From: Eledone cirrhosa
Lineage: Eukaryota
Reading direction: 5' to 3'
DNA length: 64,000 bases
NCBI GenBank assembly: GCA_964016885.1
Contig: OZ024740.1
Span: forward strand, 90,334,001 to 90,398,000
Position 1 is the stretch's first letter. Every line of letters begins with the position of its first letter. The position numbers were made by a program, and so were the translations under genes. The notes beneath the pieces were generated by a model. That model made no database searches, was not told where the DNA came from, and saw nothing but the letters and a program-made list of their open reading frames with translations. This document shows positions 12,133-23,546 of this stretch, one piece after another.

Positions 12133-13813
12133 AGTATTGAAATTTCCGTTGGAAACAGAAAAGGTCATAGAAATGAAGAGTGCTCTATGTAAGTATCAGA
12201 GCAATATTTAATGTATAAAAATCAATACAATATAATTACCTCATTACCAGAGGTTTCCCGAATGAGGCGAATACGAAATAAACGACTTCATTCGTTCGTC
12301 AGACGAGGCAATATAAAACATGGGCAAATACTTAGAAAAACACATCAAGAAAATCAAAAAAAGATATAGGTAAATGAAATAGAAATTGAAATATATAAAA
12401 ATCTATCAAGAAATATAGTTAGGTGTGTGTATATGTATGTATATACGCTCACAGATGTGCATATATGTATATGTGTACATGTACATGTATAGTGAGAAAG
12501 TGTGCGTAATTCTAAAATAGGGCAAATGTATCTATATGTCTGTATTATACAAACAGAAATGGTTACATCGTAAATATACGAATATGAAGGCGCGCGCATA
12601 AAACGCCTGGACACTCGTACGCTTAGGTGCGGAAAGAAAGGAGGTAAGGGAGTGTAATAATTAAAAGAAAAGGGTCAGTCTCGATATATTTATAAAAATA
12701 TAATAACGATAAATTAGAAAGAAACAAATTAAAGAGAACAAAAAAAGGGGGGTATATACATACACAGACACGCGTGTCTCACAAAAGAAATGTAAAAATA
12801 ATTATGCTTATATAAACACGCGCACTTACACTTCCATACGTTCGATACGTACATACACACACACACACACACATACCTATACTCACGCATATAAACCTGT
12901 TTACATGCCCACGTATGAAACTGAGTAAGTAAAAAAAGGAAGGGGGGGGAGAAGAAAAAAGGAACAAAACATAAAACAGAGATGTCAAAAACACGGATAT
13001 AAAGACACGTACACATACGCATAATATATACATACACACACACACAAACACCTGTACACACACACACACATACATATACACACACACATATACATACACA
13101 CACATACACACACGCACGAGCGCGCACATACGTAGTCATTCATGTACATATATAAAAAGTATACACACATTAAGGCGTTCAGCCATATTGAAATGTGGAT
13201 AAATAAGTACAAATATAAAATTGTAAGATAGGCTGCGCAAAAATAAAATAAAAATGAAAATATCTGGATTGAAAAACACAAAAGACAAGTGTAATCAGTT
13301 AGTGGAGGAAAAAGGGAAGTAAAAGAAGGGGAAGTAAAAAATAGAAAATAGGAAGTGGATCGGAGAATAAAGGGGGGGGGGAATGTGAAATAAAAATAAA
13401 TAAAAGTGAAAATAAATGAAATTATTGACAAGGATAAAAATGAAAGTAAGTCAGAAAGGGTAATTAAAAAGAGAATAATAAGAGTTTATGGAGGATAAGT
13501 ATCTGAAAGTGTGTTAAGTTTATATGAGCTGGAAAGCAGGTGTGATTTCATGTGTGGGCAACTGGTGAAAATTTCCGTCTTTGTGTTCAGGCAGGTCTTT
13601 GGTGATTTAAGATTTTGCAATATCCAAAATTTTTCATTTATACAGAGCGTGCATTTTCTTGTTCCTCTAGCATATTTTTTAGATTGTTTCAAAATTGACC
13701 AAACTAGTTCATATTGGATGCCTTGGTCTTTCAAATCCCGAATTCTGCTAGCCAGAGCTGTTGTAAATCTTTCTTCTGGATGTCGAAAGGATGCGACATG
13801 TGAGTAATAACGC

Positions 13814-13814
<1 letters not shown>
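12130..13814 (-). mobile_element. 5'-truncated Penelope-like element between (TA)n tracts
   Basis: GIY-YIG C-terminal half ([36 protein letters not shown], 13486-13814), microsatellite-rich 3'UTR, terminal HHR. Confidence 0.85.
12235..12312 (-). ncRNA. Type I hammerhead ribozyme with canonical core
   Basis: AUUGCCUCGU-CUGACGA-ACGAAUGA..UCAUUCGG-GAAA-CCUCUGG-UA-AUGAGGUAAU; 10-bp stem I, GUA site. Confidence 0.85.
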
Positions 13815-13890
<76 letters not shown>

Positions 13891-13931
13891 AATATATATA
13901 TATATGTAAATATATTATATATATATATATG

Positions 13932-14006
<75 letters not shown>
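13815..14006. repeat. (TA)n microsatellite
   Basis: Direct. Confidence 0.97.
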
Positions 14007-14009
<3 letters not shown>

Positions 14010-14743
14010 AAAGAACACAAGAGCGTCTACAACATCAAAGGATTTTTATTGGCTTACAATGTTTCTTCCTTACGTAACCGTAGTATTCTTCAGAGTTATA
14101 AAAGGGGTTTGACTGGTGTTATGGACTCTACCAACCAAACATTCAAGAACAAAGAGTAAGGAGAGTAAAGGGGACGATAAGTCTAATTTTGGTGCGGGAG
14201 GGTGGGGTGTGGGTCCTTGTTTACTAGCTGTGGTCATATTCCTTCCCGGGAGTCGAGTGGTTAGTGGAGCCATAGATGGGGTGGCGTCGATAGTAGGGTG
14301 CAGAGTGTGTGCAGAGGCTACACACACACAAAGGGCATACAATATATATATATCGACGCCACCACATCTATGGCTCCACTAACCAGTCGACTCCCGGGAA
14401 TGAATATGACCACAGCTAGTAAACAAGGACCCACACCCCACCCTCCCACACCAAAATTAGACTTATCGTCCCCTGCATTTGCTCTTTACTCTCCTTACCC
14501 TTTGTTCTTGAATGTTTGTTTGGTAGAGTCCATAACACCAATCAAACCCCTTTTATAGCTCTGAAGAATTCTACGGTTACGTAAGGAAGAAACATTGTAA
14601 TCCAATAAAAATCCTTTGATGTTGTAGACGCTCCTGTGTTCTTTATCGTATATACGGCTCTGCTCCAAAGCACAGAGCTAATTAGTATGCTGCCAATACC
14701 TTAATGGGACACGGGTACAATACCTAACTCCTATTAACCTAAG
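14007..14743 (+). mobile_element. Fold-back PLE pLTR element (arms 14007-14292 / 14351-14647, tail 14648-14743)
   Basis: Direct inverted repeat; HHR in both arms; (TA)n on both sides. Confidence 0.8.
14551..14610 (+). ncRNA. Minimal type I hammerhead ribozyme (mirror copy at 14044-14103, minus strand)
   Basis: GCU-CUGAAGA-AUUCUACG-GUUA-CGUAAGGAA-GAAA-CAUUG-UA-AUCC (AGCC in the other arm). Confidence 0.7.
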
Positions 14744-14990
<247 letters not shown>

Positions 14991-15104
14991 AAATAAATAT
15001 TTAAATATATATATAAATGTTTATTTATTTATTTATTTGTTTATGACCATGCTGTAATGGATGGGTAGAGAGGGCTCATGAGTCCACTAATACATCCTCT
15101 ATAG

Positions 15105-17770
15105 TGCTGGTAGCATGAATAAAAGCACCCAGTCCATGCTGTAACGTGGCACTGGTGTTAGGAAGGGCATCCAACCAGTGTATCAATGCCAAAACCATTA
15201 TAAGCACAGCAACAATTATATAGTAACAACAAAAAAATAAATATGAAGGCGTCGCATCTCAGAGTTGCAACACTTAATGTTGGCATTCTCACCGGTAGAT
15301 CTGCTGAAATAGCGGAGATGCTGAAGAGAAGGCATGTGGATGTGTGCTGCGTGCAAGAGGTGAAATGGAAAAGAGCCTTTGCGAGACTAGTCGCAGTCAA
15401 ACATCTTAGCTATACGCTTTTCTGGGTTGGTTAGGATGATGGGTTAGGGGAAGTAGGCATTTTATTGGCTGAGAGATGGATCAATAAGACAATAGAGGTA
15501 GTTCGAGTTAATAATCGAATAATTAAGCTTAGATTAGTTGTAGGCAGGAGACTATTGACAATCATCTCTGCCTATGCTCCCGAAGCAGGCATAGGCAAAG
15601 AAGAAAAAGACTGCTTTTACGAGAAACATTTACAAACAACCGCAATGACAGAAGACGGAAACATCGTTATGCTAGCAGGAGACTTAAATGGTCATGTTGG
15701 ACAGCTCCAGGATGGTTATACTGGCGTACATGTTGGGCACGGTTACGGCTCAAGAAATGAAGAAGGAGTGAGACTTCTTGAATTTGGTGATGCAAGTACA
15801 CTGACTATTTGCAACACTAACTCCCAGAACCCTTCCAAACACCTAATAACCTACAAATCAGGTGAGCAGATAAGCCAGATTGACTTCTTCCTAGTTAGGC
15901 AGCGGGACAGGCAGATGGTGTCAAATGCCAAGGCATACCCTCTGGAAGAATGTACCCCACAGCATAGGTAGGTCGTTAGAGATATCTCAGTAAGCAAGAG
16001 ATGGAATGAAACATACAGGAAGGTGTGGAGAAGAAAGGTCTGGAAGCTAAAAGACCTTACAATAAAATACAAATTTAGGAAAGCCTTTCAAGATGTGTAT
16101 GACGAAAAAGAAGACGATTTAGAGACGTATGACAGATAATACTTGAATTTCTTACGTGACAACTTACTGCAGGCTACTGATAAAACTTGTGGCTGGAGCA
16201 GAGCTCCAACAAGACAGAGAGTGACCTGGTGGTGGAACATAGTAGATAAGGCCATTAGAGACAAAAGACTAGCAGGGAGGGCTTGGAAAAAGGGTGGTTG
16301 TAGAGAAGGATATACATCTGTTAAGAGAGAAGCTAGACGTCAGGTGTACTTAGCAGGCAGGGAGGCTGAGAGTTGGAGGTTTGCCAATGTTCTGTGAGGG
16401 TAAGATCAGAGGCGTGTGGTGTACACATTACAAGGCATTGTGCCAATGCAAATCAGGATGTTGTTAGAGACAAATGTGTCCGGAATGATGCCGGTGTACT
16501 TAGTGTTACGAATGATCAGAAAAAGGAGGCCTGGACATGTCATTATGAGAGACTGATGAATCAAGAGAACGAATGGGAGAGAGAGAAATTACCCTCAGTA
16601 GATCCGACAGAGGGACCAGCTATTGAGATTGACGAATAGAGGGTCCAAGAGGCGATTAAGGAAATAAAAAATGGTAAGGCTTCTGGACCGTCGGGGATAG
16701 TTGCTGAGATGCTGAAGGCATCAGGGGACGTAGGCACTCCATCATCAATCTGGATATATATGCTGGTGTACGCATCATCGATCTGGCTATATATGGTGGT
16801 GTCATTCCCAAAGACTAGTGCAGCAGTATTCTCATAAATTTCTACAAAGGTAAAGGGGATGCTCTGGAGTGGAGCAATTATAGGGGTATCAAACTGATGG
16901 ATTAGGTTATGAAAGTAGCAGAACGGATATTAGCACAACTAATTAGAGAAAGGGTCAAAGTAGATGAGATGCAGTTTGGCTTTGTGCCCTGGAAAAGTAC
17001 AACAGATGCCCTCTTCTTGGTGAGATAATTACAAGAGAGGTTCTTAGAGAAGAATATGGCACTATACTTAGTCTTTGTTGACTTAGAAAAGGCTTTTGAT
17101 AGGGTACCCCGATCTGTCATCTAGTGGTTCCTAAGGAAAGTAGGTGTTGAGGAATGGCTTGTGAGGACAGTGCAAACTTTATACCGAGGTGCTGTCAGTA
17201 AAGTCATGGTAAGAATGGAGTTTAGTGAGGAATTCCAAATACAAGTAGGTGTACATCAAGGTTCGGTCCTCAGCCCGCTCTTGTTCATTATAGTCCTCCA
17301 AGCCATAACAGATGAGTTTAAGTCTGGCTGTCCATGGGAACTTCTCTATGCTGACGATCTGGTTCTTATAGCAGAATCAGTAGTGGAGCTAGAGAATAAA
17401 TTCTGGCAATGGAAACAGCAGTTGGAAGCAAGAGCACTGAGAGTGAACCTAACTAAGACAAAAGTATTGATGAGTAGAAAAGGGCACACATCTCCGATTC
17501 TGTCAGGTAAATGGCCATGTTCGATATGGAGAAAAGGAACTGGCATAAATTCTATAAAATTCACACAATGCAGATCCTGGGTACACAAAAGGTGTAGTGC
17601 GATAGCAGGCAAACTAAAAGGTAGGGAAAAATACGTAGCATTAGACGTGCAGGGAAATTAGACATTAGAAGTCGCATTGATAGACACATTTTGCAAATGC
17701 AGGTGGCTGGTATAGAAATGGTGGATAGCTTCCGGTGTCTAGGAGATCACATTAGCATAGGTGCGTGTGG
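15105..17770 (+). mobile_element. Degenerate RTE-clade LINE (APE + RT), 3'-truncated
   Basis: LRVATLNVG..CCVQE, ISAYAP, GDLNGHVG, SQIDF, GVHQGSVLSPLLF, LLYADDL, PHD-like WVHKRCS; many stops. Confidence 0.9.
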
Positions 17771-18114
17771 GGGAAGGGGGGGGGGGGGGGGGGGGGGGGG
17801 GGCGAGGCGTAAGAAAGGCCGGTTATATGATGCATATAACCGACAAAACAGAGAGGCAGTACAACATATATCAATAAATACATAGTACAACATATATAAA
17901 TAAATACATAGTGGTAGAACACTGGAAGGTTATATGCCTAGTGGTAGAGCATTCAGTCCATGGGACGAGGAGTAAGGTAGAAGTGGTTACAAAACAGTTA
18001 CCTCACCATACCGAGAACAATTTGTATAACCACTTCTAAATAAATACATACATATATATATACATATATATATATATATGTATTTATTTATGTATATATG
18101 TATGTATATATTTA

Positions 18115-18224
<110 letters not shown>

Positions 18225-18419
18225 TTGTTTAGCAAGATTCTTTATCTGAAAACGTGTGTTGAAAGCGATATTGTTATACTTTGGGAGGGTCATGTTGCCA
18301 ATAAGAAACACACGCACCATAGCTTTCACTTCAAGTTATTATAATAAATTTATAAATTTAGGAATTTATAAATTTCCGGTTGGATTGTTTGTTCCACACC
18401 TGATGGTTGTTTTTATATT

Positions 18420-18462
18420 GTCAAAGTTCTTTCGTCACACATTCTGTGACCTTTTCAGTGAC
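18420..18462 (-). ncRNA. Degenerate minimal hammerhead in a (TA)n-flanked ~290-bp insert (about 18225-18522)
   Basis: GUCA-CUGAAAAG-GUCACA-GAAUG-UGUGAC-GAAA-GAAC-UU-UGAC. Confidence 0.5.
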
Positions 18463-18520
18463 TAGGGATTCTTTTCTTTGTTTTTTTGCCTCTCCTTTGT
18501 TCTGTCCTACGCTATCTTGT

Positions 18521-18579
<59 letters not shown>

Positions 18580-18602
18580 TTGGAATTCCTTTTATTAATA
18601 TA

Positions 18603-18684
<82 letters not shown>

Positions 18685-18688
<4 letters not shown>

Positions 18689-19017
18689 TAAAAGGAAATC
18701 CAACTTTGTCTGCTTTACTCGTTTTATTTACAATCCTTTAAGATTATAATGATATTATAATGAAATAGTATGGTACTTTCATGCTTTCGCACATCTTCGT
18801 GTTCATATTATCTGGTGACAGTCAGGTTTGCGATTTTCATAGTTGAAAATTGCAAACTTCACTGACACCACAGAATTGAACCTGAAGATTGCGAAAGTAT
18901 GAAAGTACCATACTATTTCATGATAATATTAATATAATCCTAAAGGATTGTAAATAAAACGAATAAATCAGACAAAGTTGAACTTCCTTTTATTAACATA
19001 ATCTTCTATACACACCC

Positions 19018-19020
<3 letters not shown>
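18685..19020 (+). mobile_element. Palindromic element (18685-18996) with short tail, in (TA)n; HHR at 18877-18920
   Basis: Mirror symmetry around ~18841; UGAAC-CUGAAGA-UUGC-GAAA-GUAU-GAA-AGUA-CCA-UACU-A-UUUCA. Confidence 0.7.
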
Positions 19021-19114
<94 letters not shown>

Positions 19115-19127
19115 TATATATATATAC

Positions 19128-19560
19128 ATGTAAGCATGTATACCTACATACATATATGTATACATACGTACAGTAGTATGTATATATATATACATACATG
19201 CACACATATATATATATATATGTACGTATGGCTTTACCGAACATTTATTAAAATGTTCGGTTTGTTTGTAAACAAACAGCCTAAATTACGCCGTACAGTG
19301 TTCGGCAACCATCGTCGCCTTTTTGTTCAACACTGACACAGGAACGATGTACAAGTTTCAAGCTTATTATCTATCGTCAGCATCGTATACATACGTAAAT
19401 TCGGGCTGTTTGTTTACAAACGAACCGAACATTATAATAAATGTTAGGTAAAGCAATACGTACATATATATATATATATATATGTGTGCATGTATGTATA
19501 TATATACATACTACTATAGGTATGTATACAATAATGTATATACGTATACATACTTACATT
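19128..19560. mobile_element. Fold-back element (arms ~19128-19290 / ~19394-19560) with an HHR in the loop
   Basis: Direct inverted repeat that includes internal (TA)n. Confidence 0.7.
19344..19386 (-). ncRNA. Minimal type I hammerhead ribozyme
   Basis: ACGAUG-CUGACGA-UAGAUAAUAAGCUU-GAAA-CUUG-UA-CAUCGU; perfect 6-bp stem I, weak stem II. Confidence 0.7.
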
Positions 19561-19613
19561 TAAGTATCAGCCGTACTATGAGTGAGAAATGAAATTTCGT
19601 TTCATTCTTTTCC

Positions 19614-19655
<42 letters not shown>

Positions 19656-19706
19656 TTATAAATACATACATACATAATTTGGTTTGTCAACCATGTTATT
19701 CTTAAC

Positions 19707-19746
<40 letters not shown>

Positions 19747-20085
19747 TGAGCGTATACTAAATTGTACTTCATAATATACCTTAACTTTTACACGAGAAGA
19801 TTTTGACCTATTGCTATTCCAATGGATACATTGTGTGTTATATTTGAATTGCATCATTTCTAAATTTATTCAAGAGGTCAGAAGTTCAAACACTTTTTCA
19901 GTTAAGAAGAAATGAATTTTCATGAAATTTGCTTCAAAGTATTCTATGTTATGCTGAATTTCCTTTGATATAACATATTATAATTCGGTCTGTATACCTA
20001 CATTCAAACTTGCCTACATACAATACATACATACGTACATACATACATACATATATACATGCACACACGCACACACACACACACG

Positions 20086-20180
<95 letters not shown>

Positions 20181-20182
<2 letters not shown>

Positions 20183-22782
20183 CATCATCATCATCACTGT
20201 TTTACGTCCGTTCTTCCATGCTTGCATGGGTTAGATGGGTTGTCCTGTTGTGGGCTGTGTCCGGTCGGCTAACGATGCGAACACCAACTTCATTTACAGT
20301 GAGTGCTGGGTTTTTTTTTCCGTGGCGCCTACACATCCACTTTACAGTGTCGGCTGGGTGTTTTTTTGCCGTGGCACCTCCACGACTGCTTTGAAGTGGG
20401 AGGGTGTGGGGGCATAGTGTCTACATGCTTCAGCTTCGGCTTGTACCCATGGGGGGGGGAGTCTTCTGTATTACTGCTTGACGCCAGAGGTTACGGTCGT
20501 GTATCGTCGCCTTTGAGAAGTGTAATATGGTAAGTTCGACTTGTATCACCTCCTCCCAGGTCTTCTTGAGTCTCCCCACTCCGCGGTTTCCATCGACTTC
20601 AAGTGCTCTGCACCTTTTTATACAGCTATCATACTTCCTACGCATCACATATCGATACCAACGCAACCGCCTCTCCTGCACACATCATTTGATTTCTCTT
20701 ATGCTCAGTCTCTCTCTCAATTCATTTATACTTTGCCGTTCGCGTATATTACTATTACACATCCATCGGAGCATGCAAGCTTCGTTCCTTTCTAATCTAC
20801 GCAAGTCTTCCACAGACAGCGCCCAATACCAGCTCAATACCATGTAACATTGCTTTTCGTATACACGCATCATACAGTCTGCCTTTCATTTTGAGGGAAA
20901 AACCTTTTTGCAGCTAGCAGTGGCAGTAGGTTCCTGAACCTTTTCCATCCCTTCCTTACCCTAGTTATTGTACTTTCCGAACACCCACCTGCGCTGCTTC
21001 TTCGGTCACCTAGGTAGCAGAAGCTGTCTACTTTTTCTACAGAGCCCTCCTAGAGTTTGGTGGTACTTGTTTCCTCTGGCTGTTTGCTGCTTGTTGTCCC
21101 AGCACAGCTGCTACATGTGAAGCCTACATTCTTAGATAAGCTTCCTGAGATCCCGCTACATCTCTTGTTTACCCATTGTTTGCATTTGGGGCAGAGAATC
21201 GAGTTCCCACCTACACCTTTCCTACATACTGAGCAAGGACATTTCCCTGAGGGGATCTGGGTTGTTTTCTTGTCTAATTACAAGGACCTTAGTCTTTGTC
21301 AGGTTGACTTTGAGACCCTTTCTTTCTAGTCCCTGCTTCCAAGTTTTGAATTTTTTCTGTAGTTCTACCATAGATTCAGCTATAAGTGCGAGGTCATCTG
21401 CATACAGGAGTTCCCATGGGCATCCTGTCTTAAACTCCTCCGTTATTGCCTGCAGGACTATGATGAACAGGAGAGGGCTAAGAATAGAGCCCTGGTGGAC
21501 ACCGACCTGTACGCTAAATTCCTCGCTATAGTCATTGCTAATAGTAACTTTGCTGACTGATTCCCTATACATGGATTTAACAGCTTTCACAAGCCATTCA
21601 TCTACTCATAGTTTTCTAAGAGCCCACCATATTATATAACGGGTAACTCTGTCAAAGGCTTTCTCGAAATCAAGCTAGGTACATTTCCTGTAACTGACTC
21701 ACAAGGAGGAGGTCATCAGTGGTGCCTCTTCCTGTCACAAAGCCAAATTGCATCTCATCTAGTTTCATCTGGTTCCTAATCAACAGTGCTATAACTCTTT
21801 CTGTTACTTTCATGACCTGGTCCAACAGCTTTATACCTGTATAGTTTCCTCTATGTAGTGCATCACCTTTACCTTTGTAGCAGTTGGCAATGATGCCGCT
21901 GCACCAATCCTTTTGTATGACAACCTCTAGTATTACCTAGTTAACAATACGTGTGGTTATGGTGTGACCTACCGACCCAAATGCCCTCAGCATCTCGGCA
22001 GCTATACCCGATGGACCGGTTTCCTTCCCCATCTTCATATCTTTGATTACCTTACTTACTACGCTGCTACTGACTTGTACTGCTGGCTCCTCTATAGGGT
22101 CTACTTGGGGTAGAGTGTCTTCTTCCCATGCATTCTCCTCATTTAGTACTCTACCATAATGGCTCTTGCACGTATCTTTCTTCTCAGCCCTTCTGAAGGC
22201 AAGTTCATCTTTATCATTGCGGATATACTTCTCTCCAATGACATCACAATTATCTCTGACACACTGCCTCGCAATCTTGAACACCTCCTGTTTCTGGTCC
22301 TCACGTTGCAAAACATGCTCTAATTTTCTATCCCCTGCTTCTCTCCTAGCTAAGTATACTTGTCGCCTAGCTTCCCTCCTGGTCTCTATGTATTATACCC
22401 TGCTTTCCCCGTTCTTCCATTCTTTCCAAGCCTGTCTCTTGGCCTTAACTGCCTCATCTGCCTTATTGTTCCACCACCAAGTCACTCTCCTCCTGCCTGT
22501 GGTCTTACTCCAGCCACAGATCTCATCCATCGCCTTTAGTAGGTGATTATTTAGGAACTCCCAGGGCTTTTCTACATTGAATGTATTCTTTACTGTCATA
22601 GGCGTTGAGTAAAATATCGTTAAGTTTGTTACTGGCTGAGGGGTCTTTCAGCTTCCAGATCTTTCTTCTCCAGGTTGGCTTCTGTTTCCAGGTTCGACCG
22701 TTAGGTCGCTGACAACTAAGCTATGTTGGGAGGTACATTCCTCACTAGGGAAGGTTTTTGTGTTTACGACCGTCCATCTGTC
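20181..22782 (-). mobile_element. Degenerate 5'-truncated RTE-clade LINE with (GAT)n tail
   Basis: RVTWWWN, GVHQGSILSPLLF, YADDL, RRLRWYRYVMR; 3' end aacccatgcaagcatggaagaacggacg-(gat)n. Confidence 0.9.
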
Positions 22783-23288
22783 ACACATATATGAATCCGC
22801 AGGACACCTGTACCCGCACACATACGAACGTATACACCCAAAACACATAAACAATGCATATGTGTATGTGTCTATATGCATATCATTATATAAACACATA
22901 TAACTATACCCACATAAATACGTATATAATGCACGCACACACATACCCATTGGTAAATAAACATAAGTACACCAAACGTACATCAACAAACACGATGTAC
23001 ACATATACACACCATACATACGTGCAAAAACGCACACACGCATACGCACACAAACACAAAATACACATAACTATATACACATATACCAGTGTATATAATA
23101 TAATATATACACCTATAACAAATAAAAGCATATAAACGTACGAGAAAGTATATGTACCCTCACAAACATATGGTTAAGGTAAACTTACCTATACAAATAA
23201 GTAATGTTATAATCATAAAATATACTTAGCTACCACATCAAGACGTACATTATCCGCGTACTGTTCCTGCTATCCGTTAGGGTATAAT

Positions 23289-23464
23289 TGTTTCTACTTT
23301 TGGCACAAAGCCAGCAATTACCCAGTACATTACTGCTACTTTATTTTATCGACCCCGTAAGGATGAATGGCAAAGTTAACCTCGACGGGATTTGAACTCA
23401 GACCGTAAAGGGATGTTACTATGTTGGAAAGCATGGTGTCCGACCTTCTACCTATACTGCCAAA
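23289..23464 (-). mobile_element. tRNA-derived SINE with 11-bp TSD
   Basis: B-box (ggatttgaactc on the + strand), same family as 4821-4920; TSD tagggtataat at 23278-23288 and 23465-23475. Confidence 0.85.
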
Positions 23465-23546
23465 TAGGGTATAATGTGAGGCTGTAATACAGGAAAGTTT
23501 TATGCAATTTGTGTTTACAAGCCGATTTGTGTTTACAAGCCGAAAA

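Noticed and set aside
17691-17885. Gly-rich ORF
   Set aside because: Poly-G run at the broken end of the RTE remnant
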